This document shows positions 11,192-24,218 of a stretch of DNA of 64,000 bases, in pieces. The notes beneath the pieces are model-generated. The model did no database searches and had not been told where the DNA came from. It saw only the letters and a list, made by a program, of their open reading frames with translations. Source of the DNA: Podarcis liolepis (taxonomy: Eukaryota); NCBI GenBank assembly GCA_965112155.1, contig OZ218101.1. The stretch is one strand, 5' to 3'. The position numbers and the translations under genes were made by a program. Each line of letters begins with the position of its first letter. Position 1 is the stretch's first letter.

Positions 11192-11780
11192 GCTCCATGA
11201 TCACTGCAGATGGTGACAGCAGCCACAAAATTAAAAGACGCCTGCTTCTTGGGAGAAAAACAATGACAAACCTAGACAGCATCTTAAAAAGTAGAGACAT
11301 CACCTTGCCAACAAAGGTCCGTATAGTAAAAGTTATGGTTTTCCCAGTAGTGATGTATGGAAGTGAGAGCTGGACCATAAAGAAGACTGATCACCGAAGA
11401 ATCGATGCTTTTGAATTATGGTGCTGGAGGAGACTCTTGAGAGTCCCATGGACTGCAAGAAGATCAAACCGATCCATTCTGAAGGAAATCAGCCCTGAGT
11501 GCTCACTGGAAGGACAGATCCTGAAGCTGAGGCTCCAATACTTTGGCCACCTCATGAGAAGAGAAGACTCCCTGGAAAAGACCCTGATGCTGGGAAAGAT
11601 GGAGGGCACAAGGAGAAGGGGACGACAGAGGACAAGATGGTTGGATAGTGTTCTCGAAGCTACCAGCATGAGTTTGACCAAACTGCGGGAGGCAGTGGAA
11701 GACAGGAGTGCCTGGCGTGCTCTGGTCCATGGGGTAACGAAGAGTCAGACACGACCAAACGACTAAACAACAACAACAAC
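11192..11780 (+). mobile_element. BovB (RTE-clade) LINE, 5'-truncated
   Basis: Translation ITADGDSSHKIKRRLLLGRK.MTNLDSILKSRDITLPTKV...IDAFELWCWRRLLRVPWTARRSN...LEKTLMLGK.EG.RRRGRQR.RWLD is BovB. It has a (CAA)n tail and an 11-bp TSD AGTCTCACTTA at 11181-11191 and 11781-11791. Confidence 0.96.
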
Positions 11781-12739
11781 AGTCTCACTTAAGTGTTAGT
11801 CCCCATTACAAGACAAGACTAGCACATTTACAGTACAATCATAACCATGCCTGAAGGAACTGAAGGCACATTGTGGTTGGAAGACATGAAATTCAAGGCC
11901 CTATTTGTTTATTTTAACCCCCTCAAAAATTGGCACTTATTGATATTTCATAACAATAAAAACAGAATGATTAACAATACATAATTGTTTTCCCTTTCTG
12001 TTTATTTTTTAAAATAAAGATTTATTAACACTTTTCACAGTACAATAAAAAACAAACTAGTTAACCAAAAATATTTTTAAAAAGAGAGAATAAAAGAAGA
12101 AAGAAGAGATAGAAAAATACAGGATTCTCTCTCACAAATATATCTTAACATTTGTCCCATACAGAAAAGGATGTGTCCTACCAGCTCTCATCTAGCGGCA
12201 TCCCTCTCTTCTTCCCGTCTCTAACCCTGAGAGGTTTCCCCTTCCCTGTCTCTCACACACAGGGACCTTCATACTGCTTGCAGTTCTTACTGAAATACAG
12301 TAAGATAAAATATTAAGAGAAATGATAATAGAATACTGAGAGAATGAAAGATAAGGATAACAACAAAATTCTGTTTACATTGTTCCCAACAGCGTACATT
12401 TTCGTGCAACTGGTTATGCCATTACGAAGATACTCCATTTCTCAATCAAACTATTAATGTTTAATTAATTGTTGCTAGGGAACAACAGAAGGAGAGGACT
12501 GTTGCCTTCAAGCTTCGCTTTTGGTTTCTGGTTGAACCTGTGGAATGCTGGAATTTGAGATATATTGACATTTAGTCTGAGCAAACAGGGATCATCTTTT
12601 GTAAGAAGGGATTAATCTGAGCAAAGATATACCATAAAGCAGTGGGTGTAGGGTGGCATCCATGTGTGGACTGGACAATACCTAGTGAGATCTCAGATCT
12701 TAGAGCAGGAATTCATCTGGTTTGAGGTCAGAGTTTTAA

Positions 12740-13165
12740 GCTGCCGTCCTGAAGAACACTTACTCAAAGGCCAGCCCTACAAGGAACTGTTGAAAGAGCT
12801 AAGTATGTTTAACTGGGAAAAGGAAAGGTTAAAGGGAGTGATGAAAGCTGTCTCCAAAAGCTGTTCTGCAGAAGATGGAGAAGACCTCTTCCCTGTTGCT
12901 CCTGAAGGCAGCTTAGGCAGGACTAGAACCAATGCTTGGATATCACACATTCAGCTAAAAATTAGGAGAAACTTCATAAATGGCAAGAGTTGTTTGATAT
13001 TGGGGCAGACTGCCTGGGGAGGTATTGAGCTCTCCTTCACTAGAGGTATTTAAGCAGAGATGGACAGCCATCAGCCAAGGACACTGCAATTGCATCCTAT
13101 GTTTTATCCTGCAAGGAGCAGGAGGTTAAACCAAGATCCTTTCCAATTCTAAAATTGTATGAGAG
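12740..13165 (+). mobile_element. CR1 LINE 3' fragment (decayed)
   Basis: PYKELLKELSMFNWEKERLKG...DLFPVAPEG..GRTRTN resembles the CR1 ORF2 C-terminus; CR1-type tail TTCCAATTCTAAAATTGTATGA. Confidence 0.7.
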
Positions 13166-13306
13166 AGTCAAACCCATTGTGTACGTCAGTGGAGCACGTG
13201 TAAGCCCACCCCGCCTCAGTTCTGCCGTATTCTGGTGCTGAACACACCACACACACATGGTTGTGTGTGCATTGAATGTGCACAAAATGGGAGTTGCCTG
13301 TACGCA

Positions 13307-13510
13307 GGCCTATCTGCACAACATATTTAAAATAGTATCATACCACTTTAAACCATCATGGTTTCCCCCAAAGAATCCTGGGAAGTGTAGTTTGTTAAGG
13401 GTGCTGAGAGTTGCTAGGAGACCCTGTATTCCCCACATAGAGCTCTCATTCCCAGAGTTCCCTGGGAAGAGAGATTGGTTGTTAAACCACTCTGGGACTT
13501 GTAGCTCTTT
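13307..13510. mobile_element. Non-autonomous DNA-transposon fragment (GGCC(C/T)ATCTGCAC terminus; PIF/Harbinger-like)
   Basis: Same family as 15428-15942, 18595-18722, 39765-40234 and ~63040-63100. The complementary terminus GTGCAGATGGGGCC is at ~40221-40234. Superfamily assignment is tentative. Confidence 0.55.
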
Positions 13511-15560
13511 CCCAAGGGCAGGGGGGAAAGTTCCTCTTTCATTTTACCTGTGTTGTCCTGTAAGTTAGAGGGAGAGAGAATAGAGATGTCAGGAGGCTTG
13601 GATTCCTTTTAGAACCTGCCACTGACAGACTGTTTTACTGTGTGTTATTTGGAGATAATAATAGTCACCTGCTAGGAAGGTTGTAACAGTTAAGGTTTTA
13701 TAAAGATATACCCCTGGAAGAAAGGCACAAAAGCATATTGTTGTCTGTTGAAAAGGCTAGAATTCAAACATACCAACTGCTTCCTTCCTTCCTGCTTCGG
13801 TTTGGTTTGATGGCTACAGTGCTACAAAAGAGGGGGAGGTACAATTCCGTGTTTCGTGTCAAGTCCGAGACAGGCTAACAACTTGGTAATTACCAGTACG
13901 AAAGACCTGGAGGATGAATGCCTTGAAACAATTGTGCAAACCCCACACAGGAAGCATTATATGCTGATGTGCATCTAAACAAGAAATGAAACAGCTTATT
14001 CTCTAATCCTTTAGTTGGAAATAAAAGGATCGCTTCATTCTCATGCTGCATAATTCCAATGGAAATGTACTTTCGTGAGGAGAACAACAAGGCAACCCGC
14101 ATGTTCACTATCACATGTCTTCATCTAGCATTGGGTGGGAAACCTCTGGTCCACAGGCCAATCTTGACCTGCCATTTTGGCCCACAAGGCCATTTCCTCA
14201 AAACTGCACCCACCTGTCAACCAACCGGCGCCACTGGGTGACATCAGCTGATGGGCCAAGTTCTGCTTGCCAACACATTCCCTGCAAAGTGCACAGAGAG
14301 CAGGACTGAATTCTCCACTCATCAGCTGATGAGCATTTCCTGTAGGCAAACCAGACCCCTCCCTGGACCCGCTGGGTCAACTATGACAGGTGGGTGAGAC
14401 CGCACACCTAGCAGTCGCCTGGTGTTATCAGGGCATCAGGTGATTGGCAGGTGAGTGACCCTGCCTGCCTGCCTTCCCACCTGCAATCAGCCCAGAGATG
14501 ATACTGGTTCAGTTTCCTTCTCCTTACAGAACTCAACAGGGATGAGGATGAGGCCGAAAGGAGTTGCCTGTCTTTGGTTTCATCTACTGTTGGTTTCCCT
14601 GTTTTCCACCAAGCCTGGGCACCATCCACCACTGAATACACCTATTGCCAACTCAGCTCTTTGTCTCTATAAATAACCTGAAATGGAGACTTGTATTGAA
14701 CTACTTGGCCTCTTTATTTCAATAGGAATGAGAGTAAGTTGCCCTAAAAATAGCCCTTCAATTCAGGGGTTGTTAGCTGAGTGCTGCATTCAGTGCTGTT
14801 GCCTTTCCTTAGTTCTGACTTAAAGATCTGAGGGGGGTGGGGGGCAATGAAGTATTTCTATAATACAGGGAGCTGAGTTAGCAATAGCTGCATTTCGCCC
14901 TGATGCACACACAAAGTAAGTCTGATTGCTAATACATACCACAAACTTACAGAAATATAGCACCTGATTTTTTAATGCATGTTATAGGTAAAATATACAC
15001 TTTCGCATATAATTTTGCCTATAGTTAGGTTACTTTTAAAATTAAAACAAAACAAAACACAAGTGGCTTGGAATTGTGCAGGGGCTCAATGCAAGAGGTA
15101 GTCCAATGTGGGCAAAGGTCAGCCGAGTCAGTACTGCCAAATTCCATGTATAAATCCTTTTTAAATGGATTCTTCCACCATCTCCACCACCACTCTGGCC
15201 TCTCTCATAATTGCTGCTCTGTGAAAAGAGAAGCCTGCCAACTTGTCAAGACACCCTAAGAAATTGCTTCCAGCTGTTAAGGCAGAGAGTTCCATCTGTA
15301 CTTTTGGTCTGGTGAGACAGGAGTGCTCTTTAAGGAGGGCAAGGATAGAGAACCTGTGGCCCTCCAGATGTTGTTGGACTGCCAACTCCCATCAGCCCTA
15401 ACCAGCATAGCCAAAGGTTGCCATTCAGGCCCCATCTGTGCAATACATTTAAAGCAGCATCATACCATTAAAAACAGTCATGGTGCCCCCCCAAGAATTC
15501 TGAGAAGTGTTGTTTCATAAGAGTGTTGAGAGTTCTCAGAGGTAAAGTTCTCAGTTCTCA

Positions 15561-15867
15561 GAGGTAAAGTCGCGGATGACTCTGGGGTTGCGGCACTCAT
15601 CTCACTTTACTGGCCGAGGGAGCCGGCGTACAGCTTCCGGGTTATGTGGCCAGCATGACTAAGCTGCTTCTGGCGAACCAGAGCAGCACACGGAAACACT
15701 GTTTACCTTCCTGCCGGAGTGATACCTATTTATCTACTTGTACTTTGAGCTTTTGAACTGCTAGGTTGGGACAGAGCAATGGGAGCTCACCCCGTTGTGG
15801 GGATTCGAACCACCAACCTTCTGATCAGCAAGCCCTAGGCTCTGTGGTTTAACCCACAGTGCCACCC
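15561..15867 (-). mobile_element. Sauria (Squam1) SINE inserted into a DNA-transposon remnant (15428-15942)
   Basis: Reverse complement of the Sauria SINE body (GGTGGCACTGTGGGTTAAACCACAGAGCCTAGG...AACCCCAGAGTC). Host element sequence lies on both sides. Confidence 0.9.
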
Positions 15868-16708
15868 CCTATTCCATTTACAGAGTTGCAATTCCCAGAG
15901 TTCTCTGGGAAGAGGCATTGATTGTTAAACCACTCTGGGAACTGCATTTTCAGTGAATGCTCAAGATGCACCTCTTTGCCCTGAGTTGTGTGTTTTCAAG
16001 ACCCACCCTACCTCTGTGAAAGGTTCCTCCCCTCCCCCCTGTTCTCAATCTTCAGTTTTAACTTGTTGTAGCCTGCTCCAAGACCTACTGATGAAGGATG
16101 GGTAATAAATTTAATTGTCATCCTCATAATCACCACCAGAGCAGATTCACCTCCTTGCCACTGTGATGGCTGCCTGTTCTCTTGGACTTTTCATCTGGGT
16201 TCAATGTGCACAGCCGCCCAGAAGGAAAAGAACAAGTTGAACAGAAGTTGCTGTTCTTTCTCCTGTCAGCAAACGCTCAGAATGAGCAAGTAAACAGGCA
16301 ATGACAACAAAGAGAAGGTGGATCAGGGCACTAGTTGGCAATGGACCCCCTGTCCCATCCTGGCTGAGGCCTTGGTTTTGGCAGCGGCCCAACCATGAGA
16401 ACCCTTGACTTCAGCTTTCATTGGGACTGAACTGTCATGGGCCTGTGTAGTTCCTTGCCTGTTTCAAGGACTATCAAAATTACTATAAACCTGCACTCCT
16501 AATCCCATGTGCCTGGGAGTAATCCGTATTGAATTCAATAGGACTTACTTCTGAGGAGACATGGCTAGGGTTGCAGCCATAATTATGCAAGACAGGGGGA
16601 AATATACAAATATTCTTTACTTGCAGAACTTATACATAATAAGTGGTGCTACTATTTATACAGATTCAGTAGTAGTGGTGGTGGAGGAGGTAATAGAGTT
16701 TTCTAGTA

Positions 16709-16949
16709 CAGTGGTACCTCGGGTTAAGTACTTAATTCGTTCCGGAGGTCCGTTCTTAACCTGAAACTGTTCTTAACCTGAAGCACCACCTTAGCTAATG
16801 GGGCCTCCTGCTGCCGCTGCGCCGCCAGAGCACAATTTTTGTTCTCATCCTGAAGCAAAGTACTTAACCGAGGTACTATTTCTGGGTTAGCAGAGTCTGT
16901 AACCTGAAGTGTATGTAACGTGAAGCGTATGTAACCTGAGATACCACTG
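16709..16949. mobile_element. Tc1/mariner (Tigger-like) MITE, complete
   Basis: TIRs CAGTGGTACCTCGGGTTA...TAACCTGAGATACCACTG, flanked by TA on both sides. Confidence 0.88.
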
Positions 16950-18369
16950 TACTACCTATAGTGAGCACGTTTAGTACAAGAGATTTAAGGACAGGACCTT
17001 TGGCTCTGTTTCACTACGTCAGCTTCACTGCTTCTCCTTCAAACAATTCCAAAAGGCGTCATTTCCCTATGGCATATCCCAAAGGCAGGTGCCAAGTTCT
17101 GTTACATAACAAGTGGCGATGGCCAAGGCCTCAAGTCAGAACAGCAGCCTTGAAGGAAGGGACAAGGCACCGTTCAGTCGCAAGGGGAATACTGTTGTTG
17201 CCTCTCAGTGCCTCACCCCAGTGTTTTTCCACTGCTCGTACCTGTATTTCAAGTCAACACTTAGCACTGGGAGCCTTCTAGAGAGGATGTTACTTCAGAG
17301 GTGCAGCCACAGCTCTGTGGAAAACTTATTGCCTCACAGATACCATGGCTAAGCATAGACAAAGGTCAGGTCTGGCTACACCTCAGATCAAGCTACTGTT
17401 CTCTTCAACAACATTCTTTCAACACAATGCGTGAAAGTTCCCCACCCCCAACAAGGTCCAACATGGTGCTACTTTGGACAACAAGGTCTAACATGGTGCT
17501 CTCTCTCCAACAAAAGTAGAAGCATCACGGTGTTGCCAGCTGCACAGAAACCATCACCAGTTTTACCTTGTTTTATTTGTTTCTGTCCTGCCTCTTCAGC
17601 ACATAAATGCTCTCAGGACAGTTCACAATGTGCAAGGGGGCTGTGAAACTGTGTCCACAGCCCCACGGCCATACACACCCCACTGACATTGTGCACTGGG
17701 CACTGTGAGCAGTGTCCTTCCTCACAGTCGCCCAGTGTGCAGCTGGAAAGAGCAGGACAAGGTCAAGGCATGTGGTTTTCCAACCGCTTGTGACAGGGAT
17801 GTCCTCTGAACACTTCCTCTGGCGATCTATCGAAGCCAAATTCAGACCACTAGCCATGTATGATGTCTCACCCAAGGCTGAATAGGTAAACCACCTGGGT
17901 TTTGTTGCCTGTCTGAATTGCAAAAAACAAAGAAGGCACCTGCCTGACCAGCATATACAGTAACAGCTAGTGACCCATGTTCAGAGGAAACAGATCAATA
18001 TCATAACAGCACATGTTTTCAGTGTTCAAACACTTTCACATATGTTATCTCCACAATTCTTACAACAACTCTGTAAAGTAGAATGATTTATCCCCCCCCC
18101 GCCCCCCGCAATTGGGTAAAGCCAAGAGTGGTTTGCCACCTAATGAGTTCATGGCTGAGGTGAGGCTGAAAACTGGGACTTTTCAAGTCCGCAATTCACT
18201 GTAGCGTAGCTGAAGCCTGTGCATGTTTGCTCAGAAGTACAGCCCAGTGAGTTCAGTGTTCAGGGGAAATAGATCTGAGTTGTGCAATGTATTAAGGAAG
18301 CCTCAAAGAATTGTTTGGATTCCATTTTGATTATATATAGCTATATATCTATCTCTCACATTTGCGGAG

Positions 18370-18478
18370 CATAGTGTAGTGTAATGAACATGGGGCTTTG
18401 AGACCTGAAAGTGATCTCCGCAAGTAATTCGTTCCCTTTCTCCATCTCCATTCCTCATCTGTAAAATGGGACTAATAG
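18370..18478 (+). mobile_element. MIR/CORE-SINE remnant
   Basis: TTCCTCATCTGTAAAATGGGACTAATA CORE motif preceded by a decayed tRNA-like head. Confidence 0.6.
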
Positions 18479-18967
18479 AGGCATATTTTATTTAAAATTA
18501 CTGTGTGAAAATAAATGTGCAAAGACTTCATTAGAATTGCTATAGAAGTAACAGATTAAAAATCTATGTATACCTGGCAGTGAAATGGGTTGCACCCACA
18601 CTAAACAGTTAAAGATCAATGCTTCCCCCAAAGTATCTTGGGAACTGTAGTTCATCAAAGGTGCTGGAATTGCAGCTCTGTGAGGCATACAATTCCCAGG
18701 ATTCTTTGGGAGAAGCCATGACACTTAGAGTCATATAAATCACTAGAATTGTAGAGTTGGAAAGGGTCATCTAGTCCAACCCCCTGCTATGAAGGAATCT
18801 CAACTAAAGCATCCTGGTGTCTGACAGAGGAATTAATCACAATGAAATCCAAGGGTGAAATGAAGCATAAAGGTGGAGCTGCACTTGAAACCATCAGGCA
18901 TGGCTCCCAGCAATAAGTAAATGATTTGCAGTGCAGATGGAGCCGTCAAAAGGCTGGTCCCAAGGTA

Positions 18968-19125
18968 CATGAGACAAGGAGGGAGAGCTAATACCTTTAA
19001 TTGGGCCCACCATGTCTATCAGTGGATTAGCCTATAAGAGACAAAGAGGTAATACCTTTCATTGTACAGACCATGTCTTAGGGTGGATTAGACCAAACTC
19101 CAAGCTTCGGGAGAACTTTGTCAAA
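18968..19125 (-). mobile_element. Diverged partial tandem repeat, probable Penelope-like terminal-repeat remnant
   Basis: GAGACAA..GAG.TAATACCTTT.ATTG...ACCATGTCT...GTGGATTAG occurs twice (~18971 and ~19038) and resembles reptile PLE repeats in reverse. Confidence 0.4.
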
Positions 19126-22100
19126 CACTAAATCTCACCTAATGCAGTCTGAAAACTTGGTCAAATAAAATACATTACCAGTTGACCTTTTCTCTCTCCC
19201 CCAGAGCTTTTAATAAGAACCAATGGGGGGGGGGACTTATTTAAAATGGTGTGTATGAAAGTTTCTGGGGCTTATAATAACATTACAGGGATAAATATTC
19301 CTACATTATTGTATTACTTGGTTGTGTGAATGTACCTGGAAGGTGGGGGTGGGGCAGGGACTCCATCTTGTTCTTTGCCTCAGGCAGCAGAATGTTTTAG
19401 TTTGGCCCTGTTCAACCTGCATATCCAAACAGGAGAAAATCCAGAAAAACAACTCAGAGAATTATCAGTTCATCTGAGAAATGTAATTGTCGTTTGCTGA
19501 TCCTAAAGTGTAGACAAAACACTCTCCAAAACACAGTCAGCTATTCTTTTGACGTATATTCTTCCGTTGCTTTCCTGCTCCTCTATTTTTCTGAGTTAGG
19601 TGTTTTGTTTATTTTTCCTTTTGTTTTCTCATTGGGAAGGACCGGAGAAGATTTTTGTGCTGGACACATTTAAATGATAGCTTACAGAGACAGTCTAAAC
19701 TAAAACAAGGAAACTATACAATCAAAGCATAACAAAGAGACCTGCAGTTGAATGCAGGAAGCTGTATTTATCAGAAAATTATTTTGCTCCATCTATATTC
19801 CCCATTCCTAAAATATAGTGGAAATGCTTTCAGAATAACTGGCAAACAGATCTTTTAGGTATTCTTGGCTACGACAACCACCGAGGAACACAGGAAGTAT
19901 TTGTGTCATCAAAGGGCAGTGATTATGGTTGGTAAGCATGGATCTTGACTGGAGGGATGAATCACAATCAATGATAAATATCCCCCTTTACTGGATCACA
20001 ATCGGTGATGAAGATTCTCCTCCTACTGAATCTGGCAATACCAGCTGATGTTTAGCTGGCATTCAAGTCCAGGAAAGCATTTTACTATCTTCCACTGGCT
20101 TGAAACAGCTCCATTATTTCCTGAAGGATGGAGGCCCATCAACCATGATTGGTGCACTCATTATGATGTATCCTGCAGCTGAAAATGCTCAATACAGAAT
20201 GCAGCTACTTGTGTCCTAATGGGAGCAGGACGATGGACCAACTATAACCTTCTTTGTAGCAACTGGAACACCAAAAGTTTCTCCCCTATGAACTCTCCCC
20301 GTAAGATTTTCAGAGGATGCCATGCTTCAAATACCAATTTTGTCTCTTGGAAAATCAGCAAGGTTGAGTCTTCTCCCTTGTGACCCATGACACCAGAGAC
20401 AGCACAAGAGCCTACATATCCTGGGGTGGGAGTCCATCCCCTCTCTTCTTCCTCCTCTCCTTCTACCCTTCATCATCCATTCCCCACCTGTTGCTACTGC
20501 TGACAGAAGCATCAGTGTCACCATACTGCCCATTTAACCTCTTTTTCTCCCCTCCTCCCCCGCCACACTCTGAGAAAGGACCAAGCAGCAGGACTTGGTC
20601 CTTCCTCAGAGCAATGAATTCTGGGTAAGTTGGCCAGGAAACTTTGCTCTACTATGATGTTTTAAAGCCAAACTTCCAGCCACTGCAGCAAAGTGGCAGG
20701 TCTAGGCAGCCTTGCTCAGAATGCATCACTCTGAAGAAAAACACACACCCTTGGCCTTTTCTCTGAGCAAGGTAAGAAGGAGGGGGAAAGCCAGGTAGAA
20801 GCTTTGTGTGGGTGGCAGTTAGGGATGGGGGATAAATTCAATTCAACTTGTCTTTAAAGGCATGTCTACCTAATTCACACTTGCCAAAAGAATATTTGAA
20901 CCAAAACATTGCCATCTTCTGAAATGTGCAGCTCTCCAAATTTTGCATTGCAATGGAACTTTCCCGTCCTACCCCATCTGCTGCCCATGCCCTCCCCAAA
21001 TCTGCTCTGGAGGGTTGGAGAAATACCAAAAGCAGATTTATTGGGTTCATGAGTGAGGAAAGGGGGAAACATTCCATTGTGTAATAGGAAATCCATGTAC
21101 GGATGGAACAAGGGAGTTAGCGCTGGAATCCATTGCATTTTGAGGATATAAGTTCATTGTCCACTATTTTTGAATTTTTAGTTATTTTAATAAACATCTG
21201 TTTTATGCATGCTTTTAAGTGGGAACTTCTTTAACATATTCTACTTGTCTGTAACACTGAAATATAATTTTGTTTTTTGTTTTGTTTTGATATTGTCTGC
21301 AAACTAATTCAATAAATTCTAGTCTATCCTGCTTACATCCATTGACATTAGTGAGTCTACTCTGAGGATGACTAACATTCACCCAAAATTAATAAATGCA
21401 ATTTTCAAGAATTTTTCAGGAACAATCTACTATCATGCGAATAAACTGCACAAAGGGTCTTTGTATTTCTTTTTCTGAGTTGTAATTGTTTTCTTCTTCT
21501 TTTTTATTCTGTAAAATTTGTAGCAATAATCCCCATGCTCCCTGACCCTGAATTCCCTGCACATGTACAAAGAAATATACAGTAGCATCAGATGTATTCA
21601 TCTTACACTCTGTTGGAGCCACGGATTGGCTGATTGTTATACACTCCTGTTCATTGGCTTTATTGTACTATAGGACAGCTCTAGACTTCAAAGTCAGATG
21701 CTCATGGAGCAGACAAAGTATTTCCAGATCAAGGTCCCTGGTGATAGGGGTGGATCGAAGTGTTTGCCTTTAGGGTAGGTTTCCCATTCATAGGGGATTT
21801 CATATGTTAAGACATCACTGCATGGAGCGGAATGGCTCTCACTCCCCTTTTGTTTTTGTTTATAGCCTCTGCAGACAGCTCACTGCAAAGCTGATCAAAC
21901 TGGGTGACAGGGCATCTGTTGACATGAGAGTCTGTCTTTGCAAGGAAAAAGATGAGAAAGGCAATTTTAATTAACACAACAGGACTTGCACTCTATAGAA
22001 AGGCATGCCCAGAAATCATTCTGAAATTACAATGTAGGCTGAGATGATGTGGGGGCTGCTACAAGGAGACAGTGGAAAGGAAATGCCCATTGCACTCCTC

Positions 22101-22599
22101 ACACCCGTGCAAATTAAATTAAGGAGGGGGAGAAATTTGATTCAGTTTGCATTTAAAGGCAATTGGCACTTTCTGAAATAACATGCAAACCAAAACACAG
22201 CCTTCACAGTTCTCTGAATCATCTCCAGGCAAGCAATGTGCATAAAAATGCATATATTAGGGTCAAGTTTGCAACAACAAAAAATGCAAATGTTTGGGGA
22301 AATAATTAGGGGGGATTAGGGGGAATTGCTTTGCAAAAAATATATATTAGGCCAAATGCATACAGACATGTGCATTATGAAAAATTTGAACTGGGGAAGA
22401 ACCCCACAAACTGATGCAGAAATGTGGAGAACTGAACTTAAATTCTGAAAAGCAAAAAACCCGAAATCAACAAATTTGCCCCTCTCTACCTGAGATGTAC
22501 ATAGGTTAGTAACAGAAGTAGTATGACCTGTCTAAAGACATGTTAAATGCTGCCAGTACTACTAGTATTGATTATGGTTATAGTACTGATAGTGATAAT

Positions 22600-23740
22600 G
22601 GCTGGTTTATTGTTTGTATTTCATAAAATGTATATACCACATTTAAAAAACACACCTCAGAGCACTTTACAGAAGAGACTCACCTAACATGGCAGCTGAC
22701 ATAAAATAATCTGTTAGGTATTAAAACCACGGCAGCTGCCACCACCAGTTATGAGACCAAGAGCGAGTTCACACATTCACCAAACAAATGTTCATCTACA
22801 CATGGAGGATGTTTTTCAGTTTCTCCTGAAAGTCAATAATGTGGGAGAAAAACACACTTCTCCAGAGAGGGCATTCCACAACTGAAGAACTACCACTGAA
22901 AAGGCCCTGACACTGCTCAACACCAACTGAACACCCCCCCCCCCACTGGTGGCACCAACACCAAGCCCTCACCTGCTGATCATACGGTCTGAGATGGTTA
23001 ATATTGTGGAAGGTGCTCTTTTAGGTACTTGATTCACAAGCCATTTAGGGAGGTGTATGCTAGTACACCTAAGGGACGCGGGTGGCACTGTGGGTTAAAC
23101 CACAGAGCCTAGGGCTTGCCAATCAGAAGGTTAGCAGTTCGATTCCCAGCAACGGGGTGAGCTCCCGTTGCTCGGTCCCAGCTCCTGCCAACCTAGCAGT
23201 TCGAAAGCACGTCAAAGTGCAAGTAGATTAATAGGTACCGCTCCGGTGGGAAGGTAAACGGCGTTTCCGTGCGCTGCTCTGGTTAGCCAGAAGTGGCTTA
23301 GTCATGCTGGCCACATGACCAGGAAGCTGTACGCCGGCTCCCTCGGCCACAACCCCAGATTCAGTCACGACTGGACCTAATGGTCAGGGGTCCCTTTACC
23401 TTTTTTATGCTAGTACTAACTCCTTGTATTGTGCCCAGCCAGTGCAGAACTTTCAGGATCCGTGACACATGGTCCCATGAGGCTGCTCCAGTCACCATCC
23501 TAGCAGCCACACTCTGCACTAGCCGCGGCCTTCGAAAGTCTCCAAGGGCAGCTCCACATACAGTGCATTACTGTAGCCTAGATGAGAGGTCAGCAGAATA
23601 GGAACAACTGAGGCCAAGTTATCCCTGTCTAGGAACAGCTGTAGCTGGCAAATCAGCCTCAGCTGGCATAAGCCTTCCTTGGAATCCAGGAATATTCCCA
23701 GGCTATGAATCTGTTCCTTCAGGGGGACTGCAGCCGCTTC
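22600..23740 (-). mobile_element. L2-type LINE fragment interrupted by a Sauria SINE
   Basis: GCATTCCACAA..ACCACTGAAAAGGCCCT and CAGTGCATTACTGTAGCCTAGATGAGAGGT are typical minus-strand L2 segments. A similar fragment lies at 32240-32780. Confidence 0.55.
23073..23405 (+). mobile_element. Sauria (Squam1) SINE, near full length
   Basis: GGGACGCGGGTGGCACTGTGGGTTAAACCACAGAGCC...GGACCTAATGGTCAGGGGTCCCTTTACCTTT; TSD TATGCTAGTAC at 23056-23066 and 23406-23416. Confidence 0.95.
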
Positions 23741-24218
23741 CAGAACAGGTTGTACTTAATTCCTGAACACTTCCACCTCACCAGGTTTCTAAGGAGACTC
23801 CCTAATGCCATAGCACTGGAATCTCACAGAGGCCAAATCAGGCTTCCCTGTCGCTTTCCAGCCCAGTTGGAAAACTGCCTCACCTTTGTTCCCTTTCATA
23901 GCCCTTGCTTATGTCACCTCCAGCTAAGGGAGGGGAGAAGGCCTGTCCCCTTCAGTTCGCCTGTTAGAAGTTTCTTCAGCTTGTAGTTTCTGTGGCAACA
24001 CTTTGGCCCAAACTTACATAACACAGCCAATACTTAACAGGCTATTTACTTAATATAGAAACTGGTTTGACCATTTTAGCAGTCTCTTCAGTGCCATCTT
24101 ACAGCCATAAAATTGCACGATTGGAGGGAACCCAAATCCCATTTAGTCCAGCTCCAATTGTATTAAATTACAAAAGATTAGTATGCCGGTAGTTATGGAA
24201 ATAGAAGATGGATTATGC

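Noticed and set aside
11080-11766. 228-aa ORF as a host gene
   Set aside because: It is a 5'-truncated BovB fragment; the first ~37 codons are flanking DNA upstream of the TSD.
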